A stretch of 64,000 nucleotides of DNA from Macrostomum hystrix (taxonomy: Eukaryota; Animalia; Platyhelminthes): contig CATNEN010000041.1 in the NCBI GenBank assembly GCA_950097015.1, forward strand, positions 1,860,001 through 1,924,000, written 5' to 3'. The position numbers were made by a program, and so were the translations under genes. This document shows, one piece after another, positions 36,159 to 48,316 of this stretch. The stretch's first letter is position 1, and each line of letters begins with the position of its first letter. The notes below the pieces were generated by a model. The model saw only the letters and a program-made list of their open reading frames with translations. It ran no database searches and had not been told where the DNA came from.

Positions 36159-39100
36159 ATGGCTCCCTTTCAGCAGCAGCAAAGCCTCTCACCCCAGCTG
36201 CAGCAGCAGCTACAGTGCCACAGGTGCAACTCGGCCAAGGCTGACACAAGCCAAGCCACAGACCTGGACTCAGCCATATTTGACTCTGATGAGCCCAGTC
36301 TCAGGCGCCTCGCCCCCACCCCTGACCGCCTCCTGCCCGGCGAGTGGCTGCTCCACGTTGGCACCACAGCCGACGGTGGCGCCGCAGCGCTAACGAACTA
36401 CCGCCTGCTGCTGCTCAGCCACTGCGGCCGCCTCTCCGCCTGCCTGCTGGCCGGGGCTCTCGAGCGCCCGGCAGTCATCGCCGACGCCCCGTCAGATGCG
36501 CTGAATGGAGTTGCTGAGACTGGCTCCTTAGCGACCACTCCTGCCGCTGCGGCAACAGATGCTGAAGTGTCTGCTGCTTCAGGTTCCAGTGCTCAAAATG
36601 CTGCGGAGTCCAGAGGTCAGACACCGCTGATTTCATCCGGGATCTGGGATTTTCAATCAAGCTTCTTTACTTTTGAGGTTTTAACACGACTTCATCCCCT
36701 TGAATTCTGGGATCTTTCCGGCTAATCCCGTCTTCGCTCACTAATCCGGAATATCCAGGCGCACCCAGGCCGGGCCGCCGCGAGACCTCCCGCCTCCTCC
36801 TTGTCAGCCGCGTCAGTCGCGCCACCCTCCGGCTCGGCTTCCCCCGGCCTGGCGACGCGGCCACCTGGGCGGACCGTCTGGACCCGGCCGGAGCCCTGGC
36901 CGCCACCTGCCACCGGGCCGGCATCGGCACCGCCATCAGGCGCCAGCGAAGCGGCGACGACAAACAAGAAGCGGAGGAAGACCTGCTGGGCGGCTATGCG
37001 GCTGAGCTGAGCGAGCCAGAGTTCCAGGTGAGCCGGGGAGATTCACTTTTCCGTGAAACAGATTTGGGATTTGGGGTAACAGCGGATTTTCGAATTAACA
37101 TGTGATTTTATGGGAAACCGAAGATTTTCTAGAAAGCAGTTTTTTTTCAGGAAACCGTTTATTTTCTTGGAAACCATTGACTTTCTGAGAAACAGTTGTT
37201 TCAGTAGAAAACGCTAAAAATTTCCGGTAAACAGCAGATTTTCAGGTAAACACAGTCGTTTTTCGGCAAGTGGGTTTTCGTTTTTTGTATTTTTCGTACA
37301 AATCTATCCCTATCGTACCTCCCGTGCCCGTCGCAGGCTGAGCAGTCCCGCCTCGGTTTGACCTCCTCGGCCTCCGCTGCGCAATCGGACGACGCCGAAT
37401 CCTCCCCCGCCCAGTGGCGCCAGGCCGAGTCACCGCCCGGCCTCTGCCCCAGCTACCCGCGGCTGCACACCCTGCCCGCCGGCGTCTCCGATACCGACCT
37501 GGCCCTGTCAGCCAAGTACCGCGCCAACGGCCGCTTCCCCAGCGTTGTCTGGCGCTGCGCCGCGAACGGCGCCGTCCTGGCCCGCTCCGCGCAGCCTCTG
37601 GTCGGCCTGGCCGGCCTGCTGGGCTGGCGCTGCGAGGCCGATGAGAAGCTCGTGCGACTGCTCACTTCCAGGCCCGACTGCAAGGTGAGGGAATGGCTGG
37701 GGTGAGACTCCCATTCACCCAGACTGAGACTGAGATTCAGATTAGATTGGGTGAGATTCGGATTAGATTGGGTGAGATTCTGATTAGATTGGGTGAGATT
37801 CTGATTAGATTGGGTGAGATTCAAGTTAGATTGGGTGAGATTCAGATTAGATCGGGTGAGATTCAAGTTAGATTGGGTGAGATTCTGATTAGATTGGGTG
37901 AGATTCAAGTTAGATTGGGTGAGATTCAGATTAGATTGGGTGAGATTCTGATTAGATTAGTTGAGATTCGGATTAGATTGGGTGAGATTCTGATTAGATT
38001 AGTTGAGATTCGGATTAGATTGGGTGAGATTCTGATTATATTGGGTGAGATTCTGATTAGATTGGGTGAGATTCTGATTAGATTGGGTGAGATTCAAGTT
38101 AGATTGGGTGAGATTCTGATTAGATTGGGTGAGATTCTGATTATATTGGGTGAGATTCTGATTAGATTGGGTGAGATTCTGATTAGATTGGGTGAGATTC
38201 AAGTTAGATTGGGTAAGATTCTGATTAGATTGGGTGAGATTCTGATTAGATTGGGTGAGATTCAAGTTAGATTGGGTGAGATTCTGATTAGATTGGGTGA
38301 GATTCTGATTAGATTGGGTGAGATTCTCATTAGATTGGGTGAGATTCAAGTTAGATTGGGTGAGATTCTGATTAGATTGGGTGAGATTCTGATTAGATTG
38401 GATGAGATTCTGATTAGATTGGGTGAGATTCTGATTAGATTGGGTGAGATTCTGATTAGATTGGGTGAGATTCAAGTTAGATTGGGTGAGATTCTGATTA
38501 GATTGGGTGAGATTCTGATTAGATTGGGTGAGATTCAAGTTAGATTGGGTAAGATTCTGATTAGATTGGGTGAGATTCAAGTTAGATTAGTTGAGATTCT
38601 GATTAGATTGGGTGAGATTCAAGTTAGATTGGGTGAGATTCTGATTAGATTGGGTGAGATTCAGATTAGATTGGGTGAGATTCTGATTAGATTGGGTGAG
38701 ATTCTGATTAGATTGGGTGAGATTCAAGTTAGATTGGGTGAGATTCTGATTAGATTGGGTGAGATTCTGATTAGATTAGTTGAGATTCTGATTAGATTGG
38801 GTGAGATTCTGATTATATTGGGTGAGATTCTGATTAGATTGGGTGAGATTCTGATTAGATTGGGTGAGATTCAAGTTAGATTGGGTAAGATTCTGATTAG
38901 ATTGGGTGAGATTCTGATTAGATTGGGTGAGATTCAAGTTAGATTGGGTGAGATTCTGATTAGATTGGGTGAGATTCTGATTAGATTGGGTGAGATTCTG
39001 ATTAGATTGGGTGAGATTCAAGTTAGATTGGGTAAGATTCTGATTAGATTGGGTGAGATTCTGATTAGATTGGGTGAGATTCTGATTAGATTGGGTGAGA

Positions 39101-42100
39101 TTCTGATTAGATTAGGTGAGATTCAAGTTAGATTGGGTGAGATTCTGATTAGATTGGGTGAGATTCTGATTAGATTGGGTGAGATTCAAGTTAGATTGGG
39201 TGAGATTCTGATTAGATTGGGTGAGATTCAAGTTAGATTAGTTGAGATTCTGATTAGATTGGGTGAGATTCAGATTAGATTGGATGAGATTCTGATTAGA
39301 TTGGGTGAGATTCTGATTAGATTGGGTGAGATTCTGATTAGATTGGGTGAGATTCAAGTTAGATTGGGTGAGATTCTGATTAGATTGGGTGAGATTCAAG
39401 TTAGATTAGTTGAGATTCTGATTAGATTGGGTGAGATTCAGATTAGATTGGATGAGATTCTGATTAGATTGGGTGAGATTCTGATTAGATTGGGTGAGAT
39501 TCTGATTAGATTGGGTGAGATTCAAGTTAGATTGGGTGAGATTCAGCTTCAATAGGTGAGATTGCCAGTTCAGGTTGGGATGAGCAGTTGGGATGAAGGT
39601 CCGATCGCGGGATCTCGCATTGCCGCAGGTGCTCGTGACGGATGCCCGGCCCTACTCGGCCGCCCTCGGCAACGGCACAATGGGCGGAGGCTACGAGCGG
39701 CCCGAGTACTACACCGGCACGGAGATCGAGTACCTGGGCCTGCCCAACCTGCACGCCGTGCGCAACAGCTTTGCCGCCGTGCGGTCTCTCCTCGGCGCCG
39801 CAGCTCCACCCGAGCCGGCCGCGACAGCCTGTCCGGGCGCGGCTCCGGCCGCCCCGCGGCAGTTTGCCTTCGGCCCCGCCGAGCTGGACGGCACGGGCTG
39901 GCTGCAGCTCGTCTCCGGCCTCCTCACTGGTGCCAGCCGCATCGCCAGGGTGCTGGCAGCCGAGGGCCGGTCGGTGCTGGTGCACTGCTCAGACGGCTGG
40001 GACCGAACTCCTCAGCTCACCTGCCTCTGTCTGCTCATGTGCGATCCCTACTACCGGACTCTGCGCGGCTTCCGCCTGCTGGTCACTAGGGAGTGGCTGG
40101 ACTTCGGCCACAAATTCGCCGACAGGTGCGGCAACGCCACGGCTGGCGACAAGCTCAGTGCGGCCTCCTCTTACAATGGCAGCAGCAGCAGCGAGAGGTC
40201 GCCAATCTTTCTGCAGTTTCTGGACTGCGCGCACCAGCTGCTGGCGCAGTTCCCGCAGGAGTTCGAGTTCACGCAGCTCCTGCTGCGCCGCCTGGCCCTG
40301 CACTGTCACTCCGGCCTGTTTCCTGCCCTGGCTGCCAACTCCGTGGCCGAGCGGACTGCCAGACGCCTGTCCGAGCACTCGCTCTGCCCCTGGCGGCTGC
40401 TGCGACTGCGCGGAGTTCTCAACCGGCGATTCCAGCCTCAGCAGCAGCGGGTCATTCCCGCCACCGACGTCGCCTCTCTGCGCTTCTGGTCCGAGTTGTA
40501 CACGCCCGCACCCGACCCCGGGCTGGACTGGGACCGTCTGGACTGGGATGGCCTGCCCGCCGAGTGCGATTGGGATCAGGTAAGATTTCTGGGGATCTGC
40601 TGTGCCATATCCAGGGATCTGCTGTGCCATTTCTGGGGATCTGCTGTGCCATATCCAGGGATCTGCTGTGCCATTTCTGGGGATCTGCTGTGCCATATCC
40701 AGGGATCTGCTGTGCCATTTCTGGGGATCTGCTGTGCCATATCCAGGGATCTGCTGTGCCATTTCTGGGGATCAGCTGTGCCATTTCTGGGGATCTGCTG
40801 TGCCATTTCTGGGGATCTGCTGTGCCATATCCAGGGATCCGCTGTGCCATTTTTAGGAATCTGTCTTGCCATTTCTAGGAATCTTTCGTGCCATTTCTAG
40901 GAATATGTCGTGCCATTTCTAGGAATATGTCGTGCCATTTCTAGGAATCTGTCGTGCCATTTCTAGGAATATGTCGTGCCATTTCTAGGAATATGTCGTG
41001 CCATTTCTAGGAATATGTCGTGCCATTTCTAGGAATATGTCGTGCCATTTCTAGGAATATGTCGTGCCATTGCTAAGAATCTGCTGTGCCAATACAAGGA
41101 ATCTGTTGGGTCATTCCTGGGGAATTTTTTTGTAACTTCTTGTGGTTCGGTGGGACATTTATTTTCCTTCCTGACTCTGGATGCATTATTTTCTATTTTT
41201 CATTGAGTTGCTTGAGGAAACACATTGGCTGATTTGCTGAGGATCTCTAAAGGGATTTGCTGAGGATCTCTAGTGAAAGCAGATCACTCGCAAATATTAA
41301 GCAGAGCATTGTCCAGCACGTTGCCAATGAGCCTATTTCTGATTTTACTGGAGCAGCAGACAGTCTAGTCTCGCACCCACTAACAGTTGAGCAGCTAATT
41401 GCAGGCCGGGCAAAGCCCACCCAACTTGTGTTCTCACTGCAGTCACGTGCGATTTCGTGCGCTCTGCATTGCCTATCTGCGCAGAGTTTGCCGTTATCGG
41501 CAGTTAGGACTGGGCCTGTGACCCTGCCTGACTGGCACACCGCACACTTGTGTTCTGTACAGTTTTGTGTTTCTGAGGCTCCGGTCTGCCGTGCCGCCAA
41601 TTCTCGGCCAACTTCAAATACAGATTTTCTTGGGCTTTGGGACATTGTGGACTAGTAACCCCATGATGAGGGAATTGGTATATTTCATTGTTAGCCATTT
41701 CCCCAATATAAAGGATCTGAAGATACTTCATTGTCGAATTCCATCTCCATCAAAGGGGATTAAGGATATTTCATTGTCAACTATAATGCTATCATCAGTT
41801 AAGGTATTTGGGGTATTTATTCGACTTTGATCCCCAAGTCAAAGTCCAGGGATTTGGGATAGTTTATTTTAGAATTTGATTCCTATCATAAGGGATGTGG
41901 GATCTTTCATTTTCTGCTATTATCCCCATTTCGGATTGGGGTTTACTAGTTTTGATTGTTGACTTCTATCGTCCTACGGAGAAGTCATATCGGACTTAGG
42001 ATATTTCATAGTCGACTTTGATCCCATCATAAGGGATTTGACATTCAGGGTGTTTGGGATTTTAATTGCCTCTTGAAAATTAAAATCCCTCCCCCAGGCT

Positions 42101-42277
42101 GATGGCAAAGATCTCGCAGACCAGCTGTCGGAACTCAGCACCAGTAAGCAGCAGCAGCAGCTGCGGAGTAGTTGCCGTCCAGAGGACAGCCGGAAGGACT
42201 CGGCGCTGCCTCATCCACCGCCGTCGCCGCCGCCGCCTCCGCCCACCTCGGACGGTCGCATCGCGGTGCAGTCCTGA
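36159..42277 (+). CDS. MTMR3: Myotubularin-related phosphoinositide 3-phosphatase, MTMR3/4-like (5 exons, about 734 aa)
   Basis: Exons 36159-36615, 36759-37027, 37337-37684, 39629-40579 and 42098-42277 have consistent phases. Motifs: PH-GRAM-like LLPGEWL...LTNYRL; LCPSYP, SAKYRANGRFPSVVW, LARSAQP...LLGWRCEADEKL; DARPYSAA.GN...GGGYERPEYY; catalytic VLVHCSDGWDRTPQL; DPYYRTLRGF.LLV.REWLDFGHKFADRCG; ERSPIFLQFLDC.HQL..QFP..FEF. The GWR..D and DRTPQ motifs point to the MTMR3/4 clade. The first exon start and last exon are less certain. Confidence 0.88.
37715..39545. repeat. 21-bp intronic minisatellite (about 1.8 kb)
   Basis: Unit TGATTAGATTGGGTGAGATTC, with a CAAGTT variant. It explains the spurious (IRLGEIL)n ORF. 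Confidence 0.95.
40585..41070. repeat. 22-bp intronic minisatellite with two sub-domains
   Basis: TTCTGGGGATCTGCTGTGCCAT / ATCCAGGGATCTGCTGTGCCAT units grade into TTTCTAGGAATATGTCGTGCCA units. The array begins right after the donor at 40580. Confidence 0.92.
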
Positions 42278-42804
42278 CTGCCTGGTGCCGCGAGGTTCCC
42301 AGACCCATTGTGATGCGAGCAACTCTGAATATCTAATTTTTTTAACTTGTTTACTGAAACTATATCATAGATTATATTGTTAGAAGCCCGGATTAATCCC
42401 CAGAGTTGCAGCCATATCGCTCCCCGCGGTGACTGAGATCCCAAAAAACTCCCAATCTATTGTTTTATCGTGATATTTTTCGTGTTTTGTTGTTTTCTTA
42501 ATTCTCTATAGAAATTCGAGATTAAAAATCGCTCATTGCTACTCAATCTCCTTTTATCAGTAAGAAGTTTGGCGCATGTTATTCTTTTTATCATTTTTTC
42601 GATCAGAGTTTGTTTGTCGGGCCTGAATTCCATTAGCACTGATTTGCTATTTCAAATCTTTATTGTTGGCAGATTCATCACTATAGTCTTATTATAGCTG
42701 CTACTCTGTAACCTGCTTTCTATTCAATTTAGATTTGTTATTTATACATATTTATTATCTTGGCATTGCCTGAACTCCAGCTGGTATATCAAAACCCCTT
42801 AAGT

Positions 42805-43125
42805 GCTGGGATCCCACCTGTACAGCAGTGCCTGTCACACATTGTGGGATAACAGATTTCACTGTGAGCTGGGATCCCACCTGTACAGCAGTGCCTGTCA
42901 CACATTGTGGGATAACAGATTTCACTGTGAGCTGGGATCCCACCTGTACAGCAGTGCCTGTCACACATTGTGGGATAACAGATTTCACTGTGAGCTGGGA
43001 TCCCACCTGTACAGCAGTGCCTGTCACACATTGTGGGATAACAGATTTCACTGTGAGCTGGGATCCCACCTGTACAGCAGTGCCTGTCACACATTGTGGG
43101 ATAACAGATTTCACTGTGAGCTGGG
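42805..43125. repeat. 63-bp minisatellite
   Basis: 5 near-identical copies of GCTGGGATCCCACCTGTACAGCAGTGCCTGTCACACATTGTGGGATAACAGATTTCACTGTGA. Confidence 0.95.
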
Positions 43126-43499
43126 TGACTAGAGGCCTCGGTCCCATTTCTCATCTTCAGTATTGCATTGTTTACTCACTGGGTCATTGGGGGCCATGTG
43201 TAACCAGTTATTAGCTATAATCTGTCTTGTACCCTATTATGTCATTGTGCTTCATCAACCATGATGCCTGCCCTAAATGTGATCAGCTCTGCCACAACAG
43301 ATTTTTAACTCCTACCTGACACACGCCCTGTGCTTAACTGGTTTTAACCATGCTTTGATTCAGCAAAACAATATAAATATTGTGGAAACCGTGGCTGCTG
43401 CACTCAGTGCAGAGATTTTAATCGATAATTCATTAACAGTTCTGCATGATCTTGGGGTCAGTTACCTTCAAAACTTCAAAACTTATTCTCATTTCACCT

Positions 43500-43650
43500 C
43501 CCGGCTCTGTTCTCAAGTTAATCTCGGCTCTGTTCTCAAATCTCGGTTCTGTTCTCAAATCTCGGCTTTGTTCTCAAATCTCGGCTCTGTTCTCAAATCT
43601 CGGCTCTGTTCTCAAATCTCGGCTTTGTTCTCAAATCTCGGCTCTGTTCT
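43500..43650. repeat. 19-bp tandem repeat
   Basis: Unit TGTTCTCAAATCTCGGCTC. Confidence 0.88.
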
Positions 43651-44224
43651 CATTCGCACGAATTCGCAATGCAAATTCAGTTCAGGATGAGCCGGCTTAG
43701 TAAGAGTGCTCACTCAGGTAGGCACGGCTCTTCTCCCGCATAGTCGGTAGACTGTCCCCAATTAAGCGTGTCGGAACTGAATTCCGGCCGTTCAATCAAG
43801 CTTTCCGCGGCTGTCCCGGAGCTGGGACTAGCCTAGCCCGAGCATCTTGAAATTGCACTTTCAACATGCCGACCCCGCATTGGCAACCCGCCCCCCTCCC
43901 AGTGTTCTGCATTCAGACTCGGTTGGGGAACTCTCGGTTGCTTGGGGATTTTAGAAACTTCCCTATCCTGTTTTGCTTCTTCCCCAGCCCGCCAGGTGGG
44001 AGATAACAGACTGATGGCGGGGTGCAAGCTGACTCTATCGATCCGAAGGCGCGTGCGGGCAGCCACATCTCATTGCTCTTTACTTATCTGTAACAATTTG
44101 ACCTGCTTCTCATTGAAGTCTCTGCAACACGGATCAGGCCTGAGCTGCTGCCTGAGTGCCATCGTTTATGCTGGGGAACTGCAATGCGAGATTGGTAAAA
44201 TACTGTCTTATCTTCTCTGCTTGC

Positions 44225-44948
44225 TCAGTGTAGCTGTCTCGTAGGTGGAGACAGTAGCTGTCAGGTAGGTGGATACAGCAGCTGTCAGATAAGTGGAGAC
44301 AGCAGCTGTCAGGTAGGTGGAGACAGCAGCTGTCAGGTAGGTGGAGACAGCAGCTGTCAGGTAGGTGGATACAGCAGCTGTCAGGTAGGTGGAGACAGCA
44401 GCTGTCAGGTAGGTGGAGACAGCAGCTGTCAGGTAGGTGGATACAGCAGCTGTCAGGTAGGTGGATACAGCAGCTGTCAGGTAGGTGGAGACAGCAGCTG
44501 TCAGGTAGGTGGATACAGCAGCTGTCAGGTAGGTGGATACAGCAGCTGTCAGGTAGGTCGAGACAGCAGCTGTCAGGTAGGTGGAGACAGCAGCTGTCAG
44601 GTAGGTGGAGACAGTAGCTGTCAGGTAGGGGGAGACAGTAGCTGTCAGGTAGGGGGAGACAGTAGCTGTCAGGTAGGTGGAGACAGTAGCTGTCAGGTAG
44701 GTGGAGACAGTAGCTGTCAGGTAGGTGGAGACAGCAGCTGTCAGGTAGGTGGAGACAGCAGCTGTCAGGTAGGGGGAGACAGTAGCTGTCAGGTAGGGGG
44801 AGACAGTAGCTGTCAGGTAGGGGGAGACAGTAGCTGTCAGGTAGGTGGAGACAGCAGCTGTCAGGTAGGTGGAGACAGCAGCTGTCAGGTAGGTGGAGAC
44901 AGCAGCTGTCAGGTAGGTGGAGACAGCAGCTGTCAGGTAGGTGGAGAC
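44225..44948. repeat. 24-bp minisatellite, copy 1
   Basis: Unit GACAGCAGCTGTCAGGTAGGTGGA, about 30 copies. Confidence 0.95.
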
Positions 44949-45289
44949 CGCTGCATAAAGATGTTTCTAGCAAATGCCTAGCGGAATCCCGGGTCATTAG
45001 TCACCAGCTGTGACTGATCAGTCGTTAGCAGTGTTTTGCTCTCATCACCTGCCAGTGCGCTGATGTGAACTGAAGCCAGACTGATGGGCACTGATGGCAG
45101 ATCTGAAATCGGAGATAGGCTAATAGAAACTTGTGTCCCACTCATGCAGATTTCCCATTTAGTCTTCACTTGAAAGCCTTTGATCATCAGGGATAATTAT
45201 CCTCCCATTGCCTAGATTGCTAGGCATTCCACTTCAATTTCCCGAACTGTCTCTAGAGAAAAAAATTTATGATTGGCGTTTTGCGAAAG

Positions 45290-48200
45290 TCACGTCTTGG
45301 TCTGATTCGGCCAGTAACGATTTTCATTAACGGAGGCGAGTGCAGTAACGATTTTCATTAACGGAGGTCACGTCTTGGTCTGATTCGTCCAGAAACGATT
45401 TTCATTAACGGAAGTCACGTCTTGGTCTGATTCGTCCAGAAACGATTTTCATTAACGGAAGTCACGTCTTGGTCTGATTCGGCCAGTAACGATTTTCATT
45501 AACGGAGGTCACGTCTTGGTCTGATTCGTCCAGAAACGATTTTCATTAACGGAAGTCACGTCTTGGTCTGATTCGGCCAGTAACGATTTTCATTAACGGA
45601 GGCGAGTGCAGTAACGATTTTCATTAACGGAAGTCCCGTCTTGGTCTGATTCGGCCAGTAACGATTTTCATTAACGGAAGTCCCGTCTTGGTCTGATTCG
45701 GCCAGTAACGATTTTCATTAACGGAAGTCACGTCTTGGTCTGATTCGGCCAGTAACGATTTTCATTAACGGAGGCGAGTGCAGTAACGATTTTCATTAAC
45801 GGAAGTCCCGTCTTGGTCTGATTCGGCCAGTAACGATTTTCATTAACGGAAGTCCCGTCTTGGTCTGATTCGTCCAGTAACGATTTTCATTAACGGAGGC
45901 GAGTGCAGTAACGATTTTCATTAACGGAAGTCACGTCTTGGTCTGATTCGTCCAGTAACGATTTTCATTAACGGAAGTCCCGTCTTGGTCTGATTCGTCC
46001 AGTAACGATTTCCATTAACGGAAGTCCCGTCTTGGTCTGATTCGTCCAGTAACGATTTTCATTAACGGAAGTCACGTCTTGGTCTGATTCGGCCAGTAAC
46101 GATTTTCATTAACGGAAGTCACGTCTTGGTCTGATTCGACCAGTAACGATTTTCATTAACGGAAGTCACGTCTTGGTCTGATTCGGCCAGTAACGATTTT
46201 CATTAACGGAGGCGAGTGCAGTAACGATTTTCATTAACGGAAGTCCCGTCTTGGTCTGATTCGTCCAGTAACGATTTTCATTAACGGAAGTCCCGTCTTG
46301 GTCTGATTCGTCCAGTAACGATTTTCATTAACGGAAGTCCCGTCTTGGTCTGATTCGTCCAGTAACGATTTTCATTAACGGAAGTCCCGTCTTGGTCTGA
46401 TTCGTCCAGTAACGATTTTCATTAACGGAGGCGAGTGCAGTAACGATTTTCATTAACGGAAGTCACGTCTTGGTCTGATTCGTCCAGTAACGATTTTCAT
46501 TAACGGAAGTCACGTCTTGGTCTGATTCGTCCAGTAACGATTTTCATTAACGGAGGTCACGTCTTGGTCTGATTCGTCCAGTAACGATTTTCATTAACGG
46601 AAGTCACGTCTTGGTCTGATTCGTCCAGTAACGATTTTCATTAACGGAGGCGAGTCCAGTAACGATTTTCATTAACGGAGGCGAGTCCAGTAACGATTTT
46701 CATTAACGGAGGCGAGTCCAGTAACGATTTTCATTAACGGAAGTCACGTCTTGGTCTGATTCGTCCAGTAACGATTTTCATTAACGGAAGTCACGTCTTG
46801 GTCTGATTCGTCCAGTAACGATTTTCATTAACGGAGGTCACGTCTTGGTCTGATTCGTCCAGTAACGATTTTCATTAACGGAGGCGAGTGCAGTAACGAT
46901 TTTCATTAACGGAAGTCACGTCTTGGTCTGATTCGTCCAGTAACGATTTTCATTAACGGAAGTCACGTCTTGGTCTGATTCGTCCAGTAACGATTTTCAT
47001 TAACGGAGGTCACGTCTTGGTCTGATTCGTCCAGTAACGATTTTCATTAACGGAAGTCACGTCTTGGTCTGATTCGTCCAGTAACGATTTTCATTAACGG
47101 AGGTGAGTCCAGTAACGATTTTCATTAACGGAGGCGAGTCCAGTAACGATTTTCATTAACGGAGGCGAGTCCAGTAACGATTTTCATTAACGGAGGCGAG
47201 TCCAGTAACGATTTTCATTAACGGAAGTCACGTCTTGGTCTGATTCGTCCAGTAACGATTTTCATTAACGGAAGTCACGTCTTGGTCTGATTCGTCCAGT
47301 AACGATTTTCATTAACGGAAGTCCCGTCTTGGTCTGATTCGTCCAGTAACGATTTCCATTAACGGAAGTCACGTGTTGGTCTGATTCGTCCAGTAACGCT
47401 TTTCATAAACGGAGGCGAGTCCAGTAACGATTTTCATTAACGGAGGCGAGTCCAGTAACGATTTTCATTAACGGAGGCGAGTCCAGTAACGATTTTCATT
47501 AACGGAGGCGAGTCCAGTAACGATTTTCATTAACGGAGGCGAGTCCAGTAACGATTTTCATTAACGGAGGCGAGTCCAGTAACGATTTTCATTAACGGAG
47601 GCGAGTGCAGTAACGATTTTCATTAACGGAGGCGAGTCCAGTAACGATTTTCATTAACGGAGGCGAGTCCAGTAACGATTTTCATTAACGGAGGCGAGTC
47701 CAGTAACGATTTTCATTAACGGAGGCGAGTCCAGTAACGATTTTCATTAACGGAGGCGAGTGCAGTAACGATTTTCATTAACGGAGGCGAGTCCAGTAAC
47801 GATTTTCATTAACGGAGGCGAGTCCAGTAACGATTTTCATTAACGGAGGCGAGTCCAGTAACGATTTTCATTAACGGAGGCGAGTCCAGTAATGATTTTC
47901 ATTAACGGAGGCGAGTCCAGTAACGATTTTCATTAACGGAGGCGAGTCCAGTAACGATTTTCATTAACGGAGGCGAGTCCAGTAACGATTTTCATTAACG
48001 GAGGCGAGTCCAGTAACGCTTTTCATAAACGGAGGCGAGTCCAGTAATGATTTTCATTAACGGAGGCGAGTCCAGTAACGATTTTCATTAACGGAGGCGA
48101 GTCCAGTAACGATTTTCATTAACGGAGGCGAGTCCAGTAACGCTTTTCATAAACGGAGGCGAGTCCAGTAATGATTTTCATTAACGGAGGCGACTCCAGT

Positions 48201-48316
48201 AAAGATTTTCATTAACGGAGGCGAGTCCAGTAACGATTTTCATTAACGGAGGCGAGTCCAGTAACGATTTTCATTAACGGAGGCGAGTCCAGTAACGATT
48301 TTCATTAACGGAGGCG
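45290..48316. repeat. Composite 47/31-bp satellite (about 3 kb) with a shared 23-bp core
   Basis: Core CAGTAACGATTTTCATTAACGGA is followed by either AGTCACGTCTTGGTCTGATTCGTC (47-mer) or GGCGAGTC/GGCGAGTG (31-mer). Confidence 0.95.

Noticed and set aside
37693-39555. 620-aa (IRLGEIL)n leucine-zipper-like protein
   Set aside because: It is the translation of a 21-bp minisatellite inside an MTMR intron bounded by canonical, phase-matched splice sites.
45290-48316. CRISPR array (constant 23-bp repeat with intervening sequences)
   Set aside because: The intervening sequences are only two recurring types, not unique spacers. No cas genes are present and the context is eukaryotic.
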